Shown here piece by piece: positions 1 through 12,603 of a stretch of 64,000 bases of DNA. Source of the stretch: Mustelus asterias (taxonomy: Eukaryota). How positions within the stretch are numbered: the stretch's first letter is position 1; every line of letters begins with the position of its first letter. The translations under genes and the position numbers were made by a program. The notes beneath the pieces are model-generated. The model was not told the origin of the DNA and ran no database searches. It saw nothing but the letters and a program-made list of their open reading frames with translations. The stretch is taken from the NCBI RefSeq assembly GCF_964213995.1, contig NC_135808.1, positions 7,192,001 through 7,256,000 on the forward strand, in the 5' to 3' direction.

Positions 1-1214
1 CATATTTGATAGATCAGGGAACAGAGGGCTATGGGGAAATGGCACAGAAAAGGAGTTGGGGCAGGAATAGGTCAGCCATGGATGGCAGGGCAGGCTTGAA
101 GGGCCTGGTGGCCTCCTCCTGCTTCTATGTCTTGTGACCGCATGCTATGGAAATCACCCAATCTTTATTTCCATTGGAATACAAATAAGTAGTAAATAAG
201 TGGCACTTTTTTTAAAGCAAAACCAACTGAAATTAGGTCAGTGTACATTGTGGAAGTCCCTTTTCACCAGTGGTGTCCTACTTTTCGACAGAGTGTGACT
301 TTGAAACTGCCAACATCCGCCACTTTTACAGCTCAATGTCTGTAAGAATTCACAGAAAATGATTCAACTAGAGTTTCCAACCTCTTAAGTTCTTGTAGTT
401 AATGGGATAACAATATTTTCCTGGTAATCGAAAACAGAATATTTTGGGAACTGTGACTACATGCTAATTCTTAGACAAGTATATATTTCAAGATAATTTA
501 GTTGATCCACTACATCATTAGTTATTCAATAAATGCAGCAAAATCAATCTCCTTGCTACTGTTAATTGATAATTTTCTCCTATTGATCAATAGTTTCTGA
601 ATTTTCCTGCAGGTTTTATCACCACTTAACTTTTTCCAATGAATTTGCATGCAGTCTTTCACTGCTAGGCTCGGCCATTTGCATTTTTGCTGCATTCTGA
701 ATTCCTATATTTTTTATTCTTTGCCTATTTTTAAGATATCTCCACTGTGGATTGAGTTTAAAGTTTATTTATTAGTGTCACAAGTAGCCTTACATTAACA
801 CTGCAATGAAGTTACTGTGAAAATCCCCCAGTCGCCACACCCCGGCGCCTGTTCAGGTACACTGAGGGAGAATTTAGCATGGCCAATGCACCTAACCAGC
901 ACATCTTTCGGACTGTGGGAGGAAACTGGAGCTCCCGGAGGAAACCCACGCAGACACGGGGAGAATGTGCAAACTTCGCACAGACAGTGACCCAAGCTGA
1001 GAATCTGGGTACCTGGCTCTGTGAGGCAGCAGTGCTAACCACTGTGCCACCGTGGTCTCTGCTGCCTGAGAGAGAGGTTTGCTGTCTATTTAGAGTATCC
1101 GCCCATCCTTCATCCCACTGGATTATGAAAACTGAATCTGCAAATATTGCAGCATTATAAAAATCTTTTAAAAACAAACAGATTTGATCACAAGTAAACA
1201 AGGAGAGGTAGCCA

Positions 1215-1340
1215 TGATGTGGAGACATGATGGACTGGGGTGGACACAGTAAGAAGTCTCACAACACCAGGTTAAAGTCCAACAGGTTTATTTGGAATCA
1301 TGAGCTTTCGGAGCACTGCTCCTTCCTCTGGTGAGTGACT
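1215..1340 (-). mobile_element. Short Penelope pseudo-LTR fragment
   Basis: Matches acaacaccaggttaaagtccaacaggtttatttgg at 34085. Confidence 0.75.
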
Positions 1341-4300
1341 CCTAATCTTAGGACTGACTGGGGATAGAACCCACTCTAGCGCCTGTGCTTGATTAGACAA
1401 GCACCGGAGTTGGGGTGGTGGGTGAAGAGGGGAGTGGATGTGATCTGGAGCCGCTGGATGGGAGGGACTGTGGTGGGATCTGCTTCTGATTGTTCTCTGG
1501 ATTGATGGATCTGGTTAACTGCTCTAATGTTGATGTGGCTGTAGATGCTGAATTGTGACATCTTCTAGGTGTTGGTACATCCCCGTGTCAGGTTGGGTCA
1601 AGAGTGTAACTGGATGTTTAAGTGTTCCCAGGGAGAAATAGATGACTGGGATGGACCTAAAGATTAAAGCCGGAGCAGGAGACAAAACTGGCGTTCAGGC
1701 AGCTTGAAATGATAATGCCCGTAAATTCGCTTAATGGAATATAAAGTCAGTCTCAGTAAGGATAACGATGGCAGCTACGACTGATTTCTGTAAAAGAACT
1801 CAGCTAGCACGTGAATGCTGTGGGCAGCACGGTGGCACGGTGGTTAGCACTGCTGCCTCACAGTGCCAGGGGCCCAGGTTCGATTCCTGGCTTGGCTCAC
1901 TGTCTGTGTGGAGTTTGTACATTCTCCCCGTGTCTGTGTGGGTTTCCCCTGGGTGCTCCGGTTTCCTCCCACAGTCCAAAGATGTGCAGGTTAGGTGGAT
2001 TGGTCATGGTAAATTGTCCCTTAGTGTCAGGGGGACTAGCTAGGGTAAATGCATGGGGTCATGGGGATAAGGCCTGGATGAGATTGTGGTCAGTGCACGC
2101 TCGATGGGCCGAATGGCCTCCTTCTGCACTGTAGGATTCTGTGATTCTATGAATGTTCCTTAAGGAAGGAAATCTGCCATCCTTACCAGATGTGACCTAC
2201 ATGTAACCCCAGACCTACAGCTGACTCTTAACTGTCCTCTGAAATAATGAGTAACACATGCTGACCTTGCCCCTAATGCCCAAATCCCATGAGTGAATAA
2301 AGAAAATAAAATATGCATTTTTGTTCTGTAATGTACGAGTTAATTAAATAAAGCCACAGGAGTAGGAACAGGAGTAGGCTATTCAGCCCCTTGAGCCTAT
2401 CCCAACAGTGAATAAAATCATGGGTGATCTGATATGGTTTAAATCCACATTTCTCCGTTATCCCAGCATAACTCGTTGCCAGTCTAAAGTCTATCCAACT
2501 CAGCCTTGAATATATTCAATGGCCCTCCCTAACAACACTGTAACTACACCGCCTGGACTGTAAGAGGCAGCTCACCAACACCTTTTCAAGGGCAATTAGG
2601 GAAGTGTTTGAACTGTTGGCCTTGCCGGCATTGCCCACCTGCCCTGAAAGAATAAAATCTACAGCCTCCACTGCTGGCTGTTGGGAAAATACCAAACGTA
2701 TTATTTCCCCACATGGTATCATGTTGAGTTTCTGGATAAACTGAATTGTTGTCCTTGCAATGAATAGTGGCATCTTCAAGCAAATCGATGGAGAAACACA
2801 GTATCACTGAGCAGTAAAACGGGCTGTCAACTCACTGTCGCTTTACAGCATAGAAAGGGAATAGGAAATTGCATTGACATAGCGCCCTTTATGACCTCAG
2901 GACTTCCGAACTCTCCAGGTAAGCCATGAGCGTACTCACCGCCTTAGTGAAGATAATGCAGCAGCCAGTTTGCGAACAGCAAGCTTCCACAAGCAGCAGT
3001 GAGATAATGAACAGCTAATCTGTCATTGTAATGTTGATCGAGAGGTGAAAATCAGCCAGGACACCGAGGCAAAATTCCCTGCTCCCTTCCAATAGTACCA
3101 CTGAAAATCTCCTCTCAATTATCGCACAATCCATCTGAAGCAACACTGCTCCGTTCATGAGGTTTCATGAGATCCGAAGGCGTTTTTGAGGATTCTTAGG
3201 GCAATCTTTGACTGTCTACCACTATGCCGCCACTTCTGCTGGACCAGTCCTGCTGGTGGGACAGGACATACCGAGGGATAGAGATGGTGGTATCTGAGAC
3301 ATTGTAAGGTACAATTCTGTGTGCATGGCTACGTCAGGCTGTTCCTTGACTAGTCTGTGAGACAGTTTCCAATTTTGCCACAAGTCCTCTGATGTTCGCA
3401 AAGAGGACTTTGCAGGGCTGTTAGAAACAATTTCTGATTAGGATTTTATTCCAAGTTATACTAAGCACAGGATTTATGATGTACTCATGTGTGATGCATG
3501 TTGTTACATATTGTGAAGTCACTAACGATTGGCAAATGTTGTGTTTTGTAAACTAAATTGCTCTGTGACTACATATTTAATGGACAGTTAACGGAAAAAT
3601 AATTTCAAAAGCAATTTGATCACTTGCTCTGCAACTTACAGCGCTTTCACTGCAAATGTCAAGAAGATTAAGATATCACAGCTGAAATTGCTGAGCAGAG
3701 CAATGGAACAACAGAGTGGATACAGGATGGTGCTCTGGATCAATACGTTGAGGAGCCAACAAGAGAACATGGCATCTTGGACTGGGTAATGTGCAATGAG
3801 ATATGATTAGTTGGCAATCTAGTTGCCCTCGCGGATGAAAGACCGTAATATTATTTATCATGATGAGGTAGTTGCTTCTGAGACCAGGGTCATGAATCTC
3901 AACAGATATAACTATGATAGCATGAGGCATGAGTTGGCTGTCATGGACTGGGAAACATTGCTGAAAGGATGGACAGGGGACAGGCAATGGCAGGCATTCA
4001 AGGAATGAATAGGTGAACTCTGAAAGCTGTTTATTCCTATTTGGTGCAAGAGTGAAAAGGGAACTGTGACCAAACCATGGGCTTACAAGGGAAATTAGAT
4101 TCAATGAAGAAGCCTACAAATTGGTAAGAAGAAAACATTAGATCTGAGGATTCGCAGCAGTTAAAATTTCAGCAAAGGAGGACCAAGGGCTTGATTAAGA
4201 AGGGAAAAATAGAGTATGGGAGTAAACTAGTGTGAAACATAATAACTGACTGTAGAAGTTTCTATAGGTCTGTAAAGAGAAAAAGATTGACAAAAATGAA

Positions 4301-4951
4301 TCCTTACGGTCAGAAATGGGAGAATTCACAGCGGGGAACAAAGAAATGGCTGAGGAACTACATTTGCACTTTGCTTCCGTCTTCACAAAGGGAGACATGA
4401 ATAATATATCAGAAGTTCTCAGAAACACAAGTTTTAGTGAGGAACTTAAGGAAATCAGTATTAGTAGGGAAATGTTTTTGGGAAATTAACAGGACCGAAG
4501 GCGAATAAGTCTCCAGGGCCGGATAATCTTCATCCCAGATTACTGAAGGAAGTTGCCCTAGAAATAGTAGATCCATTGGTGTCCATTTTCCAAAATTCCT
4601 GGAATCTGGAGTAGTTGCTACAGATTGGAGGGTAGCTAATGTAAGCCCGCTATTCAAAAAGAGAGGTAAAGATAAAAATGGGAACTATAGACCACTGAAT
4701 CTACCGTTGGTAGTCGGGAATTTGCTGGAGTCTATTATCAAGGATTTCACAGGATAGCATTCGTCAAGCAGTCGTATTATCAGGCAATGTCAGTATGGAT
4801 TTATACAAGGGCAATCATGCTTGACAAATCTTACTGGAATCCTTTGAAGGTGTAACCAGTAGAGTTGATAAGGCAGAACAAGTGGATGTGGTTTATTTAG
4901 ACTTTAAGAAGGCTTTCAACAAGGCCTCAAATAGCAAACTACTATGTAAAG

Positions 4952-5820
4952 TTTGATTTTTGATTTGATTTGATTTATTATTGTCACCTGTATTAACATA
5001 CAGTGAAAGGTATTGTTTCTTGTGCGCTATAGAGACAAAACATACCATTCATAGAGAAGGAAAGGAGAGAATGCAGAATGTAGTATTACAGTCATCACTA
5101 GGGTGTAGAGAAAGATCAACTTAATGCGAGGTTGGTCCATTCAAAGGTCCAACTGCAGCAGGGAAGAAGCTGTTCTTGAGTCGGTTGGTATGTGACCTCA
5201 GACTTCTGTATCTTTTTCCCGACAGAAGAAGATGGAAGAGAGAATGTCCGGGGTGCGTGGGGTCTTTAATTATGCTGGCTGCTTTGCCGAGGCAGCGGGA
5301 AGTGTAGACAGAGTCAATGGATGGGAGGCTGGTTTGCGTGATGGATTGGGCTACACTCACGATCTTTTGTAGTTCCTTGCTGTCTTGGGCAGAGCAGGAG
5401 CCATACCAAGCTGTGATACAACCAGAAAGAATGCTTTCTATGATGCATCTGTAAAGGTTGGTGAGAGTCGTAGCTCACATGCCAAATTTCCTCAGTCTTC
5501 TGAGAAAGTAGAGGTGCTGGTGGGCTTTCTTAACTATAGTGTCGTCATGGGGGGACCAGGACAGGGTGTTGGTGATCTGGAGACCTAAAAACTTGAAGCT
5601 ATCGACCCTTTCTACCATTGATGTAGACAGGGGCATGTTCTCCTCTACGCTTCCTGAAGTCGATGACAATCTCCTTCGTTAAGCTGAGATTGAGGGAGAG
5701 ATTATTGTTGCCGCACCAGTTCAGCAGATTCTCTATCTCATTCCTGTACTCTGTCTCACCACTGTGGTGGTGTCGTCAGCAAACTTGAAAATCGAATTGG
5801 AGGGGAATTTGGCCACACAG
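4952..5820 (-). mobile_element. Rex1/Babar-like LINE 3' fragment
   Basis: ERVDSFKFLG...KKAHQHLYFLRRLRKFG and RLKNSFFP motifs; (TCAAA)n tail. Confidence 0.8.
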
Positions 5821-6785
5821 TTAAATTTAAAGCACATGGGATTGAGGATAGTGCTTTGAGATGGATTGAAAGCTGGTTAGCAGACAGGAAGCAAAGAATC
5901 AGAATAAATTAGTATTTTTCCAATTTGCAGGCCGTGATTACTGGGATACCACAGGGATCAATGCTAGACACCAAATATTCACATAATATATTCATGATTT
6001 GGGCAAGGGAATTAAATATATTATCTCCAAATTTGCAGATGATACAAAGTTGGATGGGAGGGTGAACTGTGAGGAGGATGCAGAGATGCTTCAGCATGAT
6101 TTGGACAGGCTGAGTGAATGGGCATGACAGGTGCAGTATAAATGCATCTGGGGCTAAATGTGAGGTTATCCACTTTGGTAGCAAAAATAAGAAGGCAGAT
6201 TATTATTGGAATGGGTATAAATTGAGAGAGGTGGATATTCAGCGAGACCTTGGTGCCCCTGTGCATCCATCACTGAAAATAAGCACAACAAGCGGTAAAG
6301 AAGGAAAAAGGTATGTTGGCCTTCAGAGTGAGAGAATTTGAGGATAGCAATATGGATGTTTTATTGCAATTGCATAGGGCATTGTTGAGGCCACACCTGG
6401 AGTATTGTGTTCACTTTTGGTGTCCTCATGTGAGGAAGGATGTTCTTTCTATGACGAGAATGCAGCGAAGGTTTCCCAGGCTGATTCCTGGGATGGCAGG
6501 GCTGTCATATGAGGAGAGATTAATCAATCAGGATTATATTCATTGGAGTTTAGAAGAGTGAGAGGGGAAGTCACAGAAACCTATAAAATCCTGACAGGAT
6601 AAGACAGGGTAGATTCAGAAAGAATGTTCCCGACGTTGGGGGAGTCCAGAACTAAGGGTCATAGTTTGAGGATAAGGTTAAACCTTTTAAACTGAAGTGA
6701 GGAGAAATTTCTTCACCCAGAAGTTGGTGAATGTGTGGAATTCACTACCATAAAAAGTAATTGAGGCCAAATCTTTGTGTGATTT

Positions 6786-7580
6786 CATAGAACATAGAAA
6801 AAATACAGCACAAACAGGCCCTTCAGCCCACAAGTTGTGCCGGTCATGTCCCTACCTACTTAGGCCTATATATAGGCCTACCTATAACCCTCAATCCTAT
6901 TAAGTCCCATGTACTCATCCAGAAGTCTCTTAAAAGACCCTATTGAGTTTGCCTCCACCATCATTGGCGGCAGCCGATTCCACTCACCCACCACCCTCTG
7001 AGTGAAAAGCTTACCCCTGACATCTCCTCTGTACCTACTCCCCAGCACCTTAAACCTGTGCCCTCTTGTAGCAGCCATTTCAGCCCTGGGAAAAAGCCTC
7101 TGAGAATCCACCCGATCTATACCTCTCAACATCTTGTACACCTCTATCAGGTCACCTCTCAACCTTCGTCTCTCCAAGGAGAAAAGACCGAGCTCTCTCA
7201 CCCTATCCTCATAAGGCATGCCACCCAATCCAGGCAACATCCTTGTAAATCTTCTCTGCACCCTTTCAATAATTTCTACATCCTCCCTATAATGAGGCGA
7301 CCAGAACTGAGCACAGTACTCTAAGTGGGGTCTGACGAGGGTCTTATAAAGCTGCATCATTATCATCCGACTCCTAAACTCAATCCCTCGATTGATGAAG
7401 GCCAGCACACCATATGCCTTCTTAACCACCTCCTCTACCTGCGAGGCCGATTTAAGAGTCCTATGGACCCGGACCCCAAGGTCCTTCTGATCCTCTACAC
7501 TGCTAAGAGTCTTACTCTTGATATTATACTCCTTCATCCCATTTGACCTGCCAAAATGTACCACTACACATTTATCCGGG
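6786..7580 (-). mobile_element. Young 5'-truncated CR1 LINE
   Basis: Open 228-aa ORF2 C-terminus; (TTCTATG)n-type tail; closely similar to copies at 24.5 and 26.1 kb. Confidence 0.93.
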
Positions 7581-10569
7581 TTTCAAGAAGCAATTAGATA
7601 TAACTCTTGGGACTAAATGGATCAAGTGATATGGGGAGAAGGCAGGATCAGGGTATTACATTTGAAGATCAGCCATGATCATAACGAATGGCGGAACAGA
7701 CTCGAAGGGCTGAATGGCCTATTCCTGCTTCTATTGTTTATGTATGTTTCCATGTCACAGGTTAATTGGTTGCCATTCATTGAGGTCAGTTAAAATGTCA
7801 CGGCTTTACTGCAGTCACATCCTGTTGTTCTGTGAAAAGTCGAAGTGAGAGTATGCGATATGGCACATATTAGAGAAGGGAACGGTGGTCCACTAAGATT
7901 GTAAAATATTAGAAAGTAACTTTACAAGGTAGATGGAGGGTGTATGAGATGTTCAGCAAACCCAGAGCTGGAAAACAGAACGTTTCTACACACACGGACA
8001 CTGAGTACCAGGATCTTTGAGGGTAAAGTTGACACATGGGGAAAAAGACACTCCTCTCAGATCAACTATTGGATCTTAATGTATTGTCACTTGATTCTTG
8101 TTTTGGGCCAGAAATGATGTGGGAATAATACTGCAGTTGTCATTACCAGACTGGAGTTATGCTGCCCTTTGTGGAGATTTGCAGATCTGATGATTCACAC
8201 ATCTCTGCACAAGATCAGTTGCAGACACAGTCGCAGACGTTCTGCTATGAAGTTTATCTTGTCAGCTTAGAACAAGTAAAGATGTACCACTTAGGTTAAC
8301 ATGGAGCGGCAAAGTTTGCTTTATTTTTAAATGCAGATCACATATCACGATGAAGCGTGACTACACACCCATGGCGTAGGCGAGGCGGTGTCATAGTGGT
8401 ATTATCATAAGACTAGAAAGCCAGAGGCCCAGGGCCCGCTTTCAAATCCCACCACGGCAGAAGCTGAAATTTGAATTCCATAATTATCTGGAATTAAAGT
8501 CTAATAATGAAACCATTGTCTTCGAAATCCTGACTCCCAAATGCCCGTTAAAATTGAGAGCAGTTTGGGATGGGCAATAAAAGCTGGCCCATATCCCGTA
8601 AATAAACAAACAAGGTAATAAGGCAAACATGGAGAGAATATCCAAAAAGAACAGTCCTGAGAGGGAGTTCTCGGGCTGGGGGCAAGGTGCTGGTGCTGCA
8701 GTAACTTAAACAGAACTCTACATCCCAAAGGAAAATGAATTTGAGTTTTGTCCAATTGTTAGACAGCCTGACGTTATTCTATCAGGAAATTTAATATATG
8801 TTCATAGTATTGAGAGCAGATACGGGCAAATGTTTCCACAGGCTGCATTACTTGAAAGGGTGTGGAAGAATAATCAAATAGTCACTTTCAAAAGGGAATT
8901 GGACATAACCCTTCACCAATTTATTTATTGGCACAAGTAGGCTTACATCAACACTGCAATGACAGTACTGTGAAAATCCCCTCGTTGCCACACTCCAGTG
9001 CCTGTTCAGGTACAGTGAGGAAGAATTTAGCATGGCCAATGCATCTAACCAGCATGTCTTTTGGACTGTGGGAGGAAACCGGAGAACTCGAAGTAAACCC
9101 ACGCAGACATGAGGAGAACGTACAGAATCCGCACAGACAGTGGCCCAAGCTGGGAATCAAACCTGGATCTCTAGTATTGTGAGGTAGCTGTGCTAACCAC
9201 TGTGCCATTTCCTTATTCATTCCCCAAGGCAATACCCTGACCAATCAGTAACTCTGCACAGTTGAATCTGTGCAAAGGTTTGGCAGTTACCTGTTCCCTG
9301 GTGCTTTTTCCATGGCAACCCCTCTACAATCCGAATCCACTTGGCAACCAATCAGCACCCTCTTCCCATGCATTATAAATTGTTTATCCGTTTGGGATTT
9401 GGTATTCTTGAGAATGAAACCTGCTGAGTACAAAATGGAAAGTTTCAACGGTATGTCTCTCTTTTTACCAATGCTCAAGTTATGTAGCATGAAGCCGATG
9501 GAATTGCGTGTCACATGTTGATGGGTGCATGATTTTGTAACATTACACACGTAATGTCCAAATATCATAAACATTACTGATCATATCTATATCAGAGAAA
9601 GTAAATCTTATTGTATTTTGTTTTAGGATTTTTCCTAGATCACTTGCGCAAGGATTGAATTCTGAAACTCCCTTCCACAAACACTGCCAGGCAAATAGTT
9701 AATGTAAGGTCTGGCGTTGCTAGGTTTTTTGTTACTCACAGGTATTTAGTGATATTGGGGAATGACTCGGAAGTGACATTGAAACACAGACCAGTAATGG
9801 AGCAATGGCGGAAAAGACTCAAGAGGTTGAATGGTCTTCCCTTGTCTCCATGTTCTAATTCAGAGATTCTGCCCTTTTATCAAGTAAATCGGGTATTCTT
9901 TTTTAAAAATTTCATTCTAAAAGTTCGTTGTTGTCAGTTTATTAGTAGGCTTGCATTAACATTGCAATGAAGTTACAGTGAAAATCCCCTAGCCGCCACA
10001 CTCCGGTGCCTGTTCGGGTACACTGAGGGAGAATTTAACATGGCCAATGCACCTAACCAACATGTTTTTTGGACTGTGGGAGTAATCATAGAATCCCACA
10101 GTGGAGAAGTTAGCCATTCGGCCCATCGGGTCTGCACCGACCACAGTCCCACCTAGGCCCTGTTCCTGTGACATCACATATTTACCCTGCTAATCTCCCT
10201 GACGCTAAGGGGCAATTTAGCACGGCCAATGCACCTAACCAGCTCGTCTTTCGGACTGTTGGAGGAAACCGTAGCACCCGGGGGAAACTCATGCAGACTC
10301 CACATAGAAAGTGACCCAAGCCAGGAATCGAACCCAGGACCCTGGCGCTGTGAGGCAGCAGTGCTAACCACTGTGCCACCGTGCTGCTCCCATTCTGTGA
10401 ATCTGAATGGCGGTAGCACGACCGGAATGTGTTGCCTATTCCTCATTGCCCTTGCCTTTGCTTATTGTTCGTGACCCTGTGGTGAATAGTAAAAACTGAA
10501 AATGCAAAACTGTATTTGCGGCGATGCGGGGGTGTGGGCTGGAATCTCACCAAACAAGGTGTTACTGTA

Positions 10570-10855
10570 GGTCACCAAATAAACCAAATCGACAAATGGA
10601 TGGATAAATTAAAAGGCAACCTCTTCAAAAGAAGCCGCATCAAAGTGAACAGAACCTCACCGGAAACTTAAAACATTAAAATAAAATGTGACAGAAGGAG
10701 CTGACAAAGAAACCCAGCCCCCGGGGGTGTCCACCAGGCATGTAAAACCTTAATCATGTCAGCAAACATGGCTGCTCCCTTTCCAGGGACAGCCAGGCGA
10801 TGAACATAGCGGCGGAAGAGGGGCAGACATTCTGGATGGATAGCGGCCGAACTTA
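10570..10855 (-). mobile_element. Degenerate Tx1/L1-clade 3' end
   Basis: Alignable by eye to 47455-47740. Confidence 0.6.
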
Positions 10856-10864
10856 TAAGACATT

Positions 10865-12603
10865 GGGCCCGATTTTACCATTTTGATTCTAAGTGCCGAA
10901 TCTGACCTCGAAATCCACTTTTCAGTGCACCCATACGCTTTTAGCCGGCTCCAGTCCGATCTGCGGGGCTTAGCGCTGCCGGAACGATCGGAGCTCTGAA
11001 CTGCGCATGCGCAGTTCGAAAAATATCTGAAGCAGCGCGCCCGGGCGGGAACGAAAAAAAAGCAGAGAGAGCGACTCTCTGACACATGGAAGAGTTGGCA
11101 ATAATTATACCTGCTCTTGTTAGAGAAAATATTGTTCTAACAATCTGATAATGCTATTAAACTCAAAGCTTTTGTCGAAAGATTACACTTGCATCTATTT
11201 CAACTGTCTGCTTTTGTCTCAGTAATGAATATGAGCTGTTTGGATTATTTTGGGCTGATTGTGTCGACTTGCAGGGTTCAAGTGAAAAATAAAATGTGTA
11301 TTTCTGAGAATCTTCGACCACACAGAACAAAGTACATCCATATCATTTTGAGTGTCTGTTCATTCCTGCTGTCACAGAGACGTCTCCCCATCAACATATT
11401 GTAAAATAAATATATAACAATCCCAGTACTTGTAGCATATATCCTGAAGCAACAGTTCTTTAGAAGGAATTTCTAGTCCCAGGAACATCTAGGATATACT
11501 TAAACAGTGTCAGAAGTTTAGTAGTTTAGATCAAATGAATGTAATGGTAGTTTATGCAGAAAAATTAGTTTATTAACTTTCTAAAGTGTAACAATAATTT
11601 GAAAAGAGATGCTTTTACTGTTAAAGGATAGGAATTAAAACATTCAAATGTTTCAATTCCTATCCTTTAACAGTAAAGATAATGAATGGTTTATGTGCCT
11701 GGAATGGTTACGTCCTCCCCCCCCCAACCAGAGATCCATCCTCCCCCCCCTCCGATCCCCCAACCAGAGATCCATCCTCCCCTCCTCCCACCCCCCCAAC
11801 CAGAGATCCATCCTCCCCCCCTCCGCCGCCCCAACCAGAGATCCATCCTCCCCCCCCGCCTCCCCCCCCAACCAGAAATCCATCCTCCTCCCCTCCTCCC
11901 CCCCAACCAGGGATCCATCCTCCCCCCTCCTCCCCCCCAACCAGAGATCCATCCTCCCCCCCCTCCCCCCCAACCAGAAATCCATCCTCCACCCCTCCTC
12001 CCCCCCCAACCAGAGATCCATCCTCCCCCCCCTCCGCTCCCAACCAGAGATCCATTCTCCCCCCTCCCAACCAGAGATCCATCCCCCCCTCCTTCCTCCT
12101 CCTCCCCCCCCCAACCAGAGATCCATTCTCCCCCCGCCTCCCAACCAGAGATCCATCCTCCGCCCCTCCCTCGAACACACTCGCAGAGCCGCCTCCGACC
12201 TGGGACGGCGGAATGGCTGCGACTACAAGACACTCGTAAGTACCGGAGAGCTTTCGGACGCCATGCACCTACCTCCTCGCCAACCCTCACTGAGGAAGCG
12301 CCGGCTTCCGACTTTTATTTAGCAGTTAAAAGCGCGGATCCGGATTGGGCCGCGCGGTGGTAAAGTGGGATTTGGCGGTAGAGTTGGGTGGGCAGTTCAT
12401 GAAATCGATTTGAATACATGCTAATGAATTTAAATCGTTGGGTCACCCGATTCGGTCACGGACCGGATCCACGCCCGAATTGGGTGTCGGTAAAGCCGCG
12501 ATCTGCTTGGATTCGGGTGCAGATCGCATTAAAGGCCCGACACCTGAATTTACCGTGATTTCGCGCATGTTTTCGGGCGCGAATCTTTGGTAAAATCGGG
12601 CCC
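10865..12603. mobile_element. Non-autonomous PIF/Harbinger-like DNA transposon with AT-rich cargo and an internal minisatellite
   Basis: Perfect 16-bp TIR GGGCCCGATTTTACCA (10865-10880 / 12588-12603); 3-bp TSD ATT; subterminal sequence shared with 22246-23456. Confidence 0.82.
11716..12170. repeat. C-rich minisatellite, core CCAACCAGAGATCCATCCTCC plus variable C runs
   Basis: Over a dozen tandem units; explains the Pro/Gly-rich ORFs seen in all six frames. Confidence 0.95.

Larger units (their letters stand above)
3720..7750 (+). mobile_element. Old CR1 LINE (degenerate ORF2 plus 3' UTR), split by two younger insertions
   Basis: CR1 ORF2 motifs ([24 protein letters not shown]-like); sequence resumes at ~5821 and ~7581. 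Confidence 0.88.

Noticed and set aside
11648-12363. Long Pro-rich/Gly-rich ORFs in six frames
   Set aside because: Stop-free minisatellite inside a transposon; not a gene and not a CRISPR array, since the intervals are only C runs.
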